In this document: positions 55,986-64,000 of the stretch, one piece after another
Layout of the letters: each line of letters opens with the position of its first letter
Numbering within the stretch: the stretch's first letter is position 1
From: Candidatus Entotheonellaceae bacterium
GTDB taxonomy: Bacteria > Tectomicrobia > Entotheonellia > Entotheonellales > Entotheonellaceae
Direction: 5' to 3'
Length of the DNA stretch: 64,000 nt
Assembly (NCBI GenBank): GCA_965238075.1
Contig: OZ250173.1
Coordinates: 2,656,001-2,720,000 of the forward strand
Position numbers and translations under genes: made by a program
Notes under the pieces: generated by a model
What the model was told of the DNA's origin: nothing
The model's input: only the letters and a program-made list of their open reading frames with translations
Databases searched by the model: none

Positions 55986-56684
55986 ATGTCTCACCATCGC
56001 CCACTTTCGCGCCGTGTCATGCTTCGCAACACCCTCGCGGTCGGCGCGGTGTTTGCGGCGCCCAACATCGTGCGCAGCGCTGTATGTAATGTCACGCCGA
56101 AGCAGGTCGAAGGTCCCTTCTACATGAACGACTACGACCGCAAGGCGCCAGTGATGAACAACAACGACCTGACGCAGATCCCCGGCGCGCCGCGGGCTGC
56201 GGACGGCGAGGTGATCTATCTCGCCGGACAGGTGACGGACGGAGAATGCAGGCCCGTCAAGGGCGCTGCCGTCGAGATCTGGCAGTCCTGCGTCACGGGC
56301 CGTTACGCCCATGTACGCGATCCCAATCCGGCGCCGATCGACCCCTATTTCCGCTATTCCGGCGAGTTCCTCACCGATGAGGAGGGGCGCTATTCCTTCA
56401 AGACCATCAAGCCGGGTGCTTACCCAATTCCTGGCGGAATGGCACGCACGCCGCACATCCATTTCAGGGTCGTCGCCCTCGCCCCGATCCTCACCACGCA
56501 GATGTACTTTGCGGGCGAGCCGTTGAACGACAAGGACATCCTGCTGGGCCATGTCCCCAAGTCCGAACAGAAGCGGCTGGTCGTTGAGCCCTCCACCCGC
56601 CCCGGCAGCTACGGGGACGAGAATTACTACGTGTTCGATATGACTATCGGCTCGTTCGGTTTCTCCCTGGAGCGCGACGGCTAG
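55986..56684 (+). CDS. Intradiol ring-cleavage dioxygenase-like protein with Tat-like signal
   Basis: SRRVML, EGPFY, VEIWQ, GRY, TIKPGAYP, RTPHIHF (Tyr/Tyr/His/His ligands). Confidence 0.85.
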   Translation: MSHHRPLSRRVMLRNTLAVGAVFAAPNIVRSAVCNVTPKQVEGPFYMNDYDRKAPVMNNNDLTQIPGAPRAADGEVIYLAGQVTDGECRPVKGAAVEIWQSCVTGRYAHVRDPNPAPIDPYFRYSGEFLTDEEGRYSFKTIKPGAYPIPGGMARTPHIHFRVVALAPILTTQMYFAGEPLNDKDILLGHVPKSEQKRLVVEPSTRPGSYGDENYYVFDMTIGSFGFSLERDG

Positions 56685-56763
56685 GGGTGGTGTCATGCGT
56701 GCGCGCGGCGGTAGCCGGTGATGCTGGCCGCGCGCACCCGTTTGACAGGGTAGGAGAGCATCC

Positions 56764-57819
56764 TTGGACTTTGGCGCCTTTATGGAGTTTGGCAGCCGCC
56801 AGGATAGCAGCCAGACCGACGCGTTCCGGGAGGGGTTCGATTTTGTACAGGCGGCCGAGTCATGGGGCCTCGACGGCGTGTGGCTGGCAGAGTTCCATTT
56901 CAATCCGGTGCGCTCCGTGCTGTCCTCGCCGATCGTCGTCGCCGGCGCCATTGCCTCTTGCACTACCCGTCTGCGCATCGGTATGGCCGTCTACGTTCTG
57001 CCCCTGAACAACCCGCTGCGGGTCGCCGAAGAAGTGGCGACCGTGGACCACATCAGCAAGGGCCGCTTCGATTTCGGCGTTGGGCGCAGCGGCTTCGTAC
57101 GTTCCTACGACATTTACCGCACCCCGTACAGCGAGAGTCAGGGCCGTTTTCGCGAGGGTCTGGCGATCATTTTGCAAGCCTGGAAGGGGGAGACGTTCTC
57201 ATACCATGGCGATTACTTCACGGTGGAAGACGCCACCGTGTCGCCGCGCCCCTACCAGTTGCCGCATCCGCCGCTGCGCATGGCCGCCACGACGGCGGCA
57301 ACCTTTCCCGAGGTGGGTCGTCTGGGATATCCGATTTTTGTCGGACTGCGCGGCATGGACATTCCGGAATTGCGGACCCACCTGCAGGCATACCGCAAGG
57401 CTTGGCGCGAGGCCGGACATGCCGGTGACGGCGACGTGTATTTGCGCATTCCCATTTACGCGGCCGCCTCGGAGCAGGCGGTGATGGACGAGCCCCGCGA
57501 AAGCATCACGTATTACATCTCACGTCAGAGCAGCATCGTGGCCCAGGACGCCGCGAGGCGCCGGCCAAGCGACGCGGGCGCGCGCTTGCAGCAAAGTACC
57601 GCCGAGCGCTTGGCGTCTCTTTCTTATGAAGAGATTCTGGCCACCAAGGTCGCGTTCGGCAGCGCGCCGGGTCTGCGGGACCGGTTGCAGTGGCTGCAAG
57701 AGGAATTGGGCTTGGATGGCGTTGTCGCCGAGCTGAACGCCGGCGGTCTGTTGTCTGCCGATCAGGTACGGCAAAGCCTGCGCATCCTGACACATGAGGT
57801 GATGCCGGCCTTCAAATGA
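56764..57819 (+). CDS. LLM class flavin-dependent oxidoreductase
   Basis: WLAEFHF, NPLRVAEE, FGVGRS. Confidence 0.9.
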   Translation: MDFGAFMEFGSRQDSSQTDAFREGFDFVQAAESWGLDGVWLAEFHFNPVRSVLSSPIVVAGAIASCTTRLRIGMAVYVLPLNNPLRVAEEVATVDHISKGRFDFGVGRSGFVRSYDIYRTPYSESQGRFREGLAIILQAWKGETFSYHGDYFTVEDATVSPRPYQLPHPPLRMAATTAATFPEVGRLGYPIFVGLRGMDIPELRTHLQAYRKAWREAGHAGDGDVYLRIPIYAAASEQAVMDEPRESITYYISRQSSIVAQDAARRRPSDAGARLQQSTAERLASLSYEEILATKVAFGSAPGLRDRLQWLQEELGLDGVVAELNAGGLLSADQVRQSLRILTHEVMPAFK

Positions 57820-58555
57820 TTTGGATGGGCGGAACCGCTGTGTAAGGCGTTTGGCAAGGATGACCGGCGGCGTAGCGATACACCGGTTCCTGGCCATCGG
57901 AGGGCAGGGCGAGGATGGTGGACGAAACCGTACCGTAATTGTCCGTGTCGCGGTGCATGCAGATGGTTTCCCGGTTCTGCACGCCGGGTTCATGGTCGCG
58001 GCACACCTGTTCGAGGCAGGGCAGCAGGGTAGGGAGGTCGGTTTGCTCGGTGGCCCGCAAGAGTTGTCGGGCACGGTGCAGGCGGACGGTCTCAAAATCG
58101 TTCAGTTCACCGTTGGCAAGCACGTGGAGTCCCGGCTGTAGACGTTGGGCGACCGGCTTGTCGTCGTAAGCCACCCACACCAGGTTGCAGCGGTCCATGA
58201 CAAGCAGATTGAACGGGTTATAGCGCTGCGGCAGCTGGGTCGCGAGGGATTCTACCGCCTCGGCTGCGGTCCGGCCCCGCAGCGCCTCCATGCACACCAG
58301 ACCCCGCGACCGCCGCTCGGGGTCAGTCTCCTGTTCCGCATGCAGGCGTCGATTGGTCAAACCGACGAACACCCCGTGCTCGTTGACGCCCATCCACGTG
58401 CCGCCGGCGCGCTCATCACGTCCACCCCAAATCCGAGGTGAGTGGGCTAATAGGGCGGGCCCTTGCGTCGGGCGGTCGTAGTACTCGTCACGGTTCGCCG
58501 CAACGACAATCGGGTAGTCCCGCAACACCCGGTGAATGACCATCAGAATACACAT
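57812..58555 (-). CDS. NRDE/TANGO2 family protein
   Basis: MCIL N-terminus, AANRDEYY, GGTW, YGTVSST. Confidence 0.9.
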   Translation of the reverse strand: MCILMVIHRVLRDYPIVVAANRDEYYDRPTQGPALLAHSPRIWGGRDERAGGTWMGVNEHGVFVGLTNRRLHAEQETDPERRSRGLVCMEALRGRTAAEAVESLATQLPQRYNPFNLLVMDRCNLVWVAYDDKPVAQRLQPGLHVLANGELNDFETVRLHRARQLLRATEQTDLPTLLPCLEQVCRDHEPGVQNRETICMHRDTDNYGTVSSTILALPSDGQEPVYRYAAGHPCQTPYTAVPPIQII

Positions 58556-58675
58556 GAGCTTTCCCCGATACGAGCCGTTCTTGGCTTTACGGAAACCAGT
58601 GAAGGCGTTACAATGGGTGTTAGTCTCCCAACAAACCCACACATATAGCGATCCCGCTGCACAGGACCACATAGC

Positions 58676-60526
58676 ATGACATCACAAGATACGGTCGACA
58701 AGCAGGTGGAAGAACTCGAATCCGTCGTGATCCGCCTCGCTGGAGACTCCGGTGACGGCATGCAGCTTACGGGCGGGCAATTTACCCGTACAACGGCCCT
58801 GTTCGGAAACGACATCAGCACCCTGCCCGACTTTCCGGCGGAAATCCGCGCCCCGGCGGGCTCCTTGCCGGGCGTCAGTTCCTTCCAGTTGAATTTCAGC
58901 AGCCACGACATCTTTACGCCAGGGGACGCGCCAAACGTGCTGGTCGCCATGAACCCGGCGGCCTTGAAGGTGCATCTCGACGATCTGGAAGACGGCGGTA
59001 TTCTCGTCGTCAACACCGATGCGTTCAGCAAGACGAATCTCCATAAAGCCGGCTACACCAACAATCCCCTCGAAGACGGCAGCCTCTCCAAATACCGCGC
59101 CTTCAAGGTGCCCATCAGCTCCCTCAATGCCAAGGCCCTCGACGGCCTCGACATGAGTCAGAGACAAATCGACCGCAGCAAGAATTTCTGGGCGCTGGGA
59201 TTGCTCTACTGGCTGTACAACCGACCACTGGACGCCAGCCTGCGCTTTCTTGAAGAACGCTTTAAGGAATCAAATCCCACTGTCTACGAGGCCAACAAAC
59301 GGGCCCTCTATGCCGGTTACAACTACGGTGACACCACCGAGATTTTCACCACCGCGTACCGGGTGCGCAAAGCGCATCTGCCGGAAGGCACCTATCGCAA
59401 TATAACCGGAGCCGAGGCAACCGCCATGGGCTTCGTGACGGGCGCCCGCCTGCTTGGCAAACCCATTTTTTACACCGCTTACCCCATCACGCCGGCCAGC
59501 GAAGTTCTGCACGAGATCGTTCAGTACAAGCATTTCGGGGTGAAAACGTTCCAGGCGGAAGACGAAATAGCCGCGGTGACCGCCGCCATTGGCGCGGCCT
59601 TCGGCGGCAGTTTGGGGCTTACCTGCACCAGCGGACCGGGTGTGGCTCTGAAAAGCGAAGCGATCAACCTCGCCCATATGGTTGAGTTGCCCTTGGTGAT
59701 CGCCGACATTCAGCGCGCCGGGCCGAGTACCGGCATGCCCACCAAGACCGAGCAGGGCGACCTGCTGCAATGCATGTTCGGGCGCAACAGCGACTCGGCC
59801 TGTGCGATCATTGCACCCGCGACGCCCAGCGACTGTTTCTACATGGCGATCGAAGCGTTCCGACTGGCGGTAAAATTCATGACGCCGGTCTTTTTCCTGT
59901 CAGACGGCTACCTCGGCAATGGCGCCGAGCCATGGCGTATTCCGTCGGCCAGCGATCTGAAGCGCTACAGCGTCGTGCACCCCACCGATCCCGAGGGTTT
60001 CGCGGCATACCGTCGTGATCCCGAGACCTTGGCGCGGCCTTGGGCCATTCCCGGTACTCCTGGCTTGGAGCACCGCATCGGCGGGCTGGAAAAGGCCGAC
60101 ATCACCGGGAACGTCAGCTACGATCCCCGCAACCATGAGTTGATGACCAAGCTGCGTAACGAGAAGATTGACCGCATCGCCAACGACATTCCGCTACAGG
60201 AGGTTTATGGTGACCGGGAAGGCAAGCTCCTGGTGCTGAGCTGGGGCAGTACCTACGGCGCGGTAGTTTCCGCGGTGGACAAGCTGCGCGAGCAAGGGCA
60301 ATCGGTGTCGCATGCTCACCTGCGGTATCTCAACCCGCTGCCGAAAAACCTTGGGGACATTCTACAGCGCTTCGATACCGTGCTGATTCCGGAACTCAAT
60401 CTGGGCCAGCTTCGCCTGTTGATCCGGGCGCGTTTCCTGGTTGACGCCGTTGGCTTCCACAAGGTTCAGGGGGTGCCATTCAAGGTGTCTGAAATCATCC
60501 AAAAATGCGAAGAACTTCTTGGCTAA
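58676..60526 (+). CDS. korA: 2-oxoacid:acceptor oxidoreductase alpha subunit
   Basis: GDSGDGMQ, YPITP, QAEDEIA, QRAGPSTGMPTK. Confidence 0.93.
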   Translation: MTSQDTVDKQVEELESVVIRLAGDSGDGMQLTGGQFTRTTALFGNDISTLPDFPAEIRAPAGSLPGVSSFQLNFSSHDIFTPGDAPNVLVAMNPAALKVHLDDLEDGGILVVNTDAFSKTNLHKAGYTNNPLEDGSLSKYRAFKVPISSLNAKALDGLDMSQRQIDRSKNFWALGLLYWLYNRPLDASLRFLEERFKESNPTVYEANKRALYAGYNYGDTTEIFTTAYRVRKAHLPEGTYRNITGAEATAMGFVTGARLLGKPIFYTAYPITPASEVLHEIVQYKHFGVKTFQAEDEIAAVTAAIGAAFGGSLGLTCTSGPGVALKSEAINLAHMVELPLVIADIQRAGPSTGMPTKTEQGDLLQCMFGRNSDSACAIIAPATPSDCFYMAIEAFRLAVKFMTPVFFLSDGYLGNGAEPWRIPSASDLKRYSVVHPTDPEGFAAYRRDPETLARPWAIPGTPGLEHRIGGLEKADITGNVSYDPRNHELMTKLRNEKIDRIANDIPLQEVYGDREGKLLVLSWGSTYGAVVSAVDKLREQGQSVSHAHLRYLNPLPKNLGDILQRFDTVLIPELNLGQLRLLIRARFLVDAVGFHKVQGVPFKVSEIIQKCEELLG

Positions 60527-60538
60527 GGATCCCATGGC

Positions 60539-61582
60539 ATGAGTGAAGCAACGAACGGCAAGGTGAGCGGCGCCGCGGCGGTTTTGACACGCAAGGATTT
60601 TACCTCCGACCAGGAGGTGCGGTGGTGTCCGGGATGCGGTGACTATTCCATCTTGGCGCAGACCCAGAAGGTCATGCCAGACCTGGGCGTGCCGCGTGAG
60701 AAGATCGTTTTCGTGTCCGGTATCGGTTGCTCAAGCCGTTTTCCCTATTACATGCAGACCTACGGCTTCCACACCATTCACGGCCGCGCGCCGGCCATTG
60801 CCACGGGCCTGAAAGCCAGCCGGCCTGACTTGATGGTGTGGGTGATCACCGGAGACGGCGACGCCCTGAGCATTGGCGGCAACCATATCCTGCACATACT
60901 GCGGCGCAACGTTGACGTTAAGATCGTGCTGTTCAACAACCGCATCTACGGCCTGACCAAGGGCCAATACTCGCCCACCTCGGAACTCGGCAAGAAGGTC
61001 AAGTCGGCCCCCATGGGTGCGCCCGATGCACCGCTTTCGCCCCTGTCGGTTGCCATCGGCGCCGAGGCGACGTTCGTAGCCCGCACGGTCGACACGGACA
61101 CCAAACACCTGATCGCTACGCTGGAGCGGGCCGCGGCGCACAAAGGCACGGCGTTTGTCGAGGTGTATCAGAATTGCAATATTTATAATGACCACGCCTT
61201 TGCCTACATGACGGAACGCAGTGTGCGCGACGACCGCACGCTGTACCTGCAGCACGGCGAACCGATGCGCTTCGGCAAAGAGCGCCAGCGGGGCATCCGG
61301 TTACGCGGTCTGGACCCGGAAGTGGTGACGATTGGTGAGAACGGTGTCAGCGAAGAAGACCTGTTGCGGCACGATGAGCATAAGCCGGGAGGGACCTTGG
61401 CGTATCTGCTGAGTCGCCTGGATTATCCCGATTTTCCGGTGCCGGTCGGAGTGCTGCGGGACGTGCAACGTCCGACGTATGACGACATCCTGGGGGAACA
61501 GGAGGCACTGGCTCAGCAGCGCCACGGCACGGGCGATTTGGATGCCTTGTTCAACCAGGGCGATACCTGGGTTGTGGGGTAG
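60539..61582 (+). CDS. korB: 2-oxoacid:ferredoxin oxidoreductase beta subunit
   Basis: WCPGCGD, GIGCS, GDGD, YGLTKGQ. Confidence 0.93.
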   Translation: MSEATNGKVSGAAAVLTRKDFTSDQEVRWCPGCGDYSILAQTQKVMPDLGVPREKIVFVSGIGCSSRFPYYMQTYGFHTIHGRAPAIATGLKASRPDLMVWVITGDGDALSIGGNHILHILRRNVDVKIVLFNNRIYGLTKGQYSPTSELGKKVKSAPMGAPDAPLSPLSVAIGAEATFVARTVDTDTKHLIATLERAAAHKGTAFVEVYQNCNIYNDHAFAYMTERSVRDDRTLYLQHGEPMRFGKERQRGIRLRGLDPEVVTIGENGVSEEDLLRHDEHKPGGTLAYLLSRLDYPDFPVPVGVLRDVQRPTYDDILGEQEALAQQRHGTGDLDALFNQGDTWVVG

Positions 61583-61597
61583 GGTGGGGCGTCAGGC

Positions 61598-64000
61598 TCA
61601 AGCGTTGAGCATGTCCCGCAAGACAGTTTGTAGAATCCCGCCATTCCGGTAGTACGTCACTTCAACCTGTGAATTGATCCGCACGATGGCCTGGAAGCGT
61701 TTCCCGGCGCCGGTCGCCACATCCCGAGCCCGCAGCGTCACTTCCTGCTGGGGCTGGATGTCGTCCCCAATCCCCTCGATGTCGTACACCTCAAAGCCCG
61801 TCAAGCCCAACGAAGCGGCGTTGTCACCGTCCTTGAATTGCAGCGGCAACACCCCCATGGCGACCAGATTGCTGCGGTGGATACGCTCGTAGCTCTCCGT
61901 CAGGACGGCCTTGACCCCCAGCAGAAAGGCGCCCTTGGCGGCCCAGTCGCGGGAGCTGCCGGAGCCGTACTCCTTGCCGGCGATCACCAGTAAGGGCGTC
62001 CCCTCCTTTTGGTACCGCACGCCAGCCTCGAAAATGCTCATGCGTTCGCCGGCCTCGGCGCTCCCGGCATCGGGCGGCAGATACACCGTGATGCCCCCTT
62101 CGGTGCCCGGGACAAGCTGGTTCCGCAATCGGATGTTGGCAAACGTGCCCCGCATCATGACTTCGTGATTACCGCGCCGGGCACCAAAAGAATTGAAGTC
62201 TTTGGGTTCGACACCCTGCTCGATCAGATGGCGACCGGCGGGTCCGCTCGCCGGAATCGAGCCGGCCGGCGAGATGTGATCCGTGGTTACGGAATCGCCG
62301 AGCAGCGCCAGCACGCGTGCCCCAGTGATGCCGGCTACCGGTGGCACCTCGGGCGTCAGGTCGGCAAAGAACGGCGGTTCCTGCACGTAGGTCGAGGCGG
62401 TGTCCCAGGCGTACAGCTCTCCTTCCGGCACGGCGAGCTTGGCCCAGGCGTCGCTGCCCTCAAAGACGGCGTCGTAGGCGGTCTCGAACAGTTCCGGGCT
62501 CAGCGCCTCCTGCATGGCGGTGCGGACTTCGGTTTGCGAGGGCCACACGTCGCGAAGGTAAACGGGGTCGCCGAGGGCGTCGTGGCCAAGCGGGTCGGTC
62601 TGCGGGTCGAAATCAACCGTGCCGGCCAGTGCATAAGCAACCACCAGCGGCGGCGAGGCCAGATAATTCGCCTTGGTGGCGGCGTGCACGCGTCCCTCGA
62701 AGTTTCGATTGCCGCTCAGAACGGCGGCTACCACCAGGTCATGGTCCGTGATGGCGTTGTTGACGCTTTCCAGAATCGGGCCGCTGTTGCCGATGCAGGT
62801 GGTACAGCCGTAGCCGATGGCGTGGAACCCCAAGGCTTGCAGGTACGGGGTCAGGCCCGCCGCCTGCAAGTATTGTGTGACCACCCGCGACCCCGGCGCC
62901 AGGCTGGTCTTTACGTACGCCGGCACTCGCAGACCGCGTTCGACGGCTTTCTTGGCCAGCAGCCCGGCGCCGATCATGACGGAAGGATTGGAGGTGTTGG
63001 TGCAGCTTGTGATAGCCGCGATGACGACCGAACCGTGGGTAATCGAGGTCGCCTCGCCGCGTGCCTCGACCGGTACTCGGTAGCCGTTGTACAGATCGCG
63101 GCGTTTGGTCAGCGGCTCCTGCCATGCCGCCGGCGCTTCCGCGTCGCCCTCTAGCCAGCTCCGGTAGTCCGATGACGCATCGACTTCGACCTGCGTATTG
63201 TAGCCGGCTGGCAGCGCCTGTCGGAACGTGCGGCGCGCCTCGCGCAGCGGCACGCGGTCCTGGGGCCGCTTTGGGCCGGCAATGCTCGGCTCAATCGTGC
63301 TCAGGTCGAGGTCAACCGTATCGCTGTATTCCGGCTGCGGGCTGTCGTCGGTGCGGAAGAGGCCCTGCTCCTTGGTGTATCGTTCGACAAGCTCCACGTG
63401 CGCTGTACTGCGTCCGGTTGCCCTCAGGAACTTTAGCGTTTCCTCATCCACAGGGAAAAAGCCAATCGTCGCGCCGTATTCGGGCGACATGTTGGCGATG
63501 GTGGCGCGGTCCGCCAAGCTTAGCTTGCTGATGCCGGGCCCGTAGTATTCGACGAACTTGTCGACCACTCCTTTGGCACGCAGCAGTTGCGTTACGGTAA
63601 GCACCAGGTCCGTAGCGGTGGCGCCTTCCGGAAGCTCGCCGCTCAACTTGACCCCGACAACTTGCGGCGCCAGCATGTAAAGCGGTTGTCCCAGCATGAC
63701 TGCTTCCGCCTCGATGCCGCCCACCCCCCAGCCGACGACGCCCAATCCGTTGATCATCGTCGTGTGAGAATCCGTACCGACCAGTGAGTCGGGAAACGCC
63801 ACCGTATCGCCACCATGCTGCCGGGTCTGCACAACGGAGGCGAGGTATTCGAGATTGACCTGATGGACGATGCCGGTCGACGGCGGGATAACCCTGAAAT
63901 TGGCGAATGCCTTCTGCCCCCAGCGCAGGAATTCGTAACGTTCGCGGTTACGCTCGAATTCCCGTTCGGTGTTGAACGCCAAGGCCGACAGCGAGCCGAA
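61598..64000 (-). CDS. acnA: Aconitate hydratase A (5' part outside the window)
   Basis: [37 protein letters not shown]. Confidence 0.97.
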   Translation of the reverse strand, partial: FGSLSALAFNTEREFERNRERYEFLRWGQKAFANFRVIPPSTGIVHQVNLEYLASVVQTRQHGGDTVAFPDSLVGTDSHTTMINGLGVVGWGVGGIEAEAVMLGQPLYMLAPQVVGVKLSGELPEGATATDLVLTVTQLLRAKGVVDKFVEYYGPGISKLSLADRATIANMSPEYGATIGFFPVDEETLKFLRATGRSTAHVELVERYTKEQGLFRTDDSPQPEYSDTVDLDLSTIEPSIAGPKRPQDRVPLREARRTFRQALPAGYNTQVEVDASSDYRSWLEGDAEAPAAWQEPLTKRRDLYNGYRVPVEARGEATSITHGSVVIAAITSCTNTSNPSVMIGAGLLAKKAVERGLRVPAYVKTSLAPGSRVVTQYLQAAGLTPYLQALGFHAIGYGCTTCIGNSGPILESVNNAITDHDLVVAAVLSGNRNFEGRVHAATKANYLASPPLVVAYALAGTVDFDPQTDPLGHDALGDPVYLRDVWPSQTEVRTAMQEALSPELFETAYDAVFEGSDAWAKLAVPEGELYAWDTASTYVQEPPFFADLTPEVPPVAGITGARVLALLGDSVTTDHISPAGSIPASGPAGRHLIEQGVEPKDFNSFGARRGNHEVMMRGTFANIRLRNQLVPGTEGGITVYLPPDAGSAEAGERMSIFEAGVRYQKEGTPLLVIAGKEYGSGSSRDWAAKGAFLLGVKAVLTESYERIHRSNLVAMGVLPLQFKDGDNAASLGLTGFEVYDIEGIGDDIQPQQEVTLRARDVATGAGKRFQAIVRINSQVEVTYYRNGGILQTVLRDMLNA

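Noticed and set aside
58676-64000. Reverse TCA carbon fixation (korAB, acnA, ppc)
   Set aside because: No citrate lyase or other diagnostic gene in the window; these enzymes are equally consistent with an oxidative TCA cycle plus anaplerosis.

Overview
GC-rich bacterial chromosome segment from a metabolically versatile Gram-negative organism. The gene repertoire resembles Candidatus Tectomicrobia/Entotheonella-like or deltaproteobacterial genomes, but this is inference only. Housekeeping and metabolic genes include NAPRT, NAD kinase, csp, a Liv-type ABC transporter, two LLM oxidoreductases, comA, prlC, glmS, lpdA, tldD/tldE, ppc, moeA, an MltB-type transglycosylase, korAB and a partial acnA. 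Main highlights: (1) Two hidden selenoprotein genes that the ORF track splits at an in-frame UGA: an exported rhodanese (Y-U-T-C-P, 4848-5402) and a UGSC-family protein (D-U-G-S-C-S-S-C, 12164-12688). Each UGA is followed by a similar SECIS-like hairpin. (2) A DUF559 endonuclease with an inverted pair of a 29-nt repeat at its 5' end; identical copies of that repeat are dispersed in composite REP/MITE-like elements. (3) An AT-richer ABC-ATPase + TOPRIM-like (DUF3226) PARIS-like defence candidate. (4) A tungsten aldehyde oxidoreductase operon with its own MoaD and a 4-domain rhodanese. (5) Tandem paralogous beta-barrel genes flanking a small Ig-like protein. (6) Several frameshifted or degraded genes. 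No rRNA, tRNA or CRISPR array was recognised.
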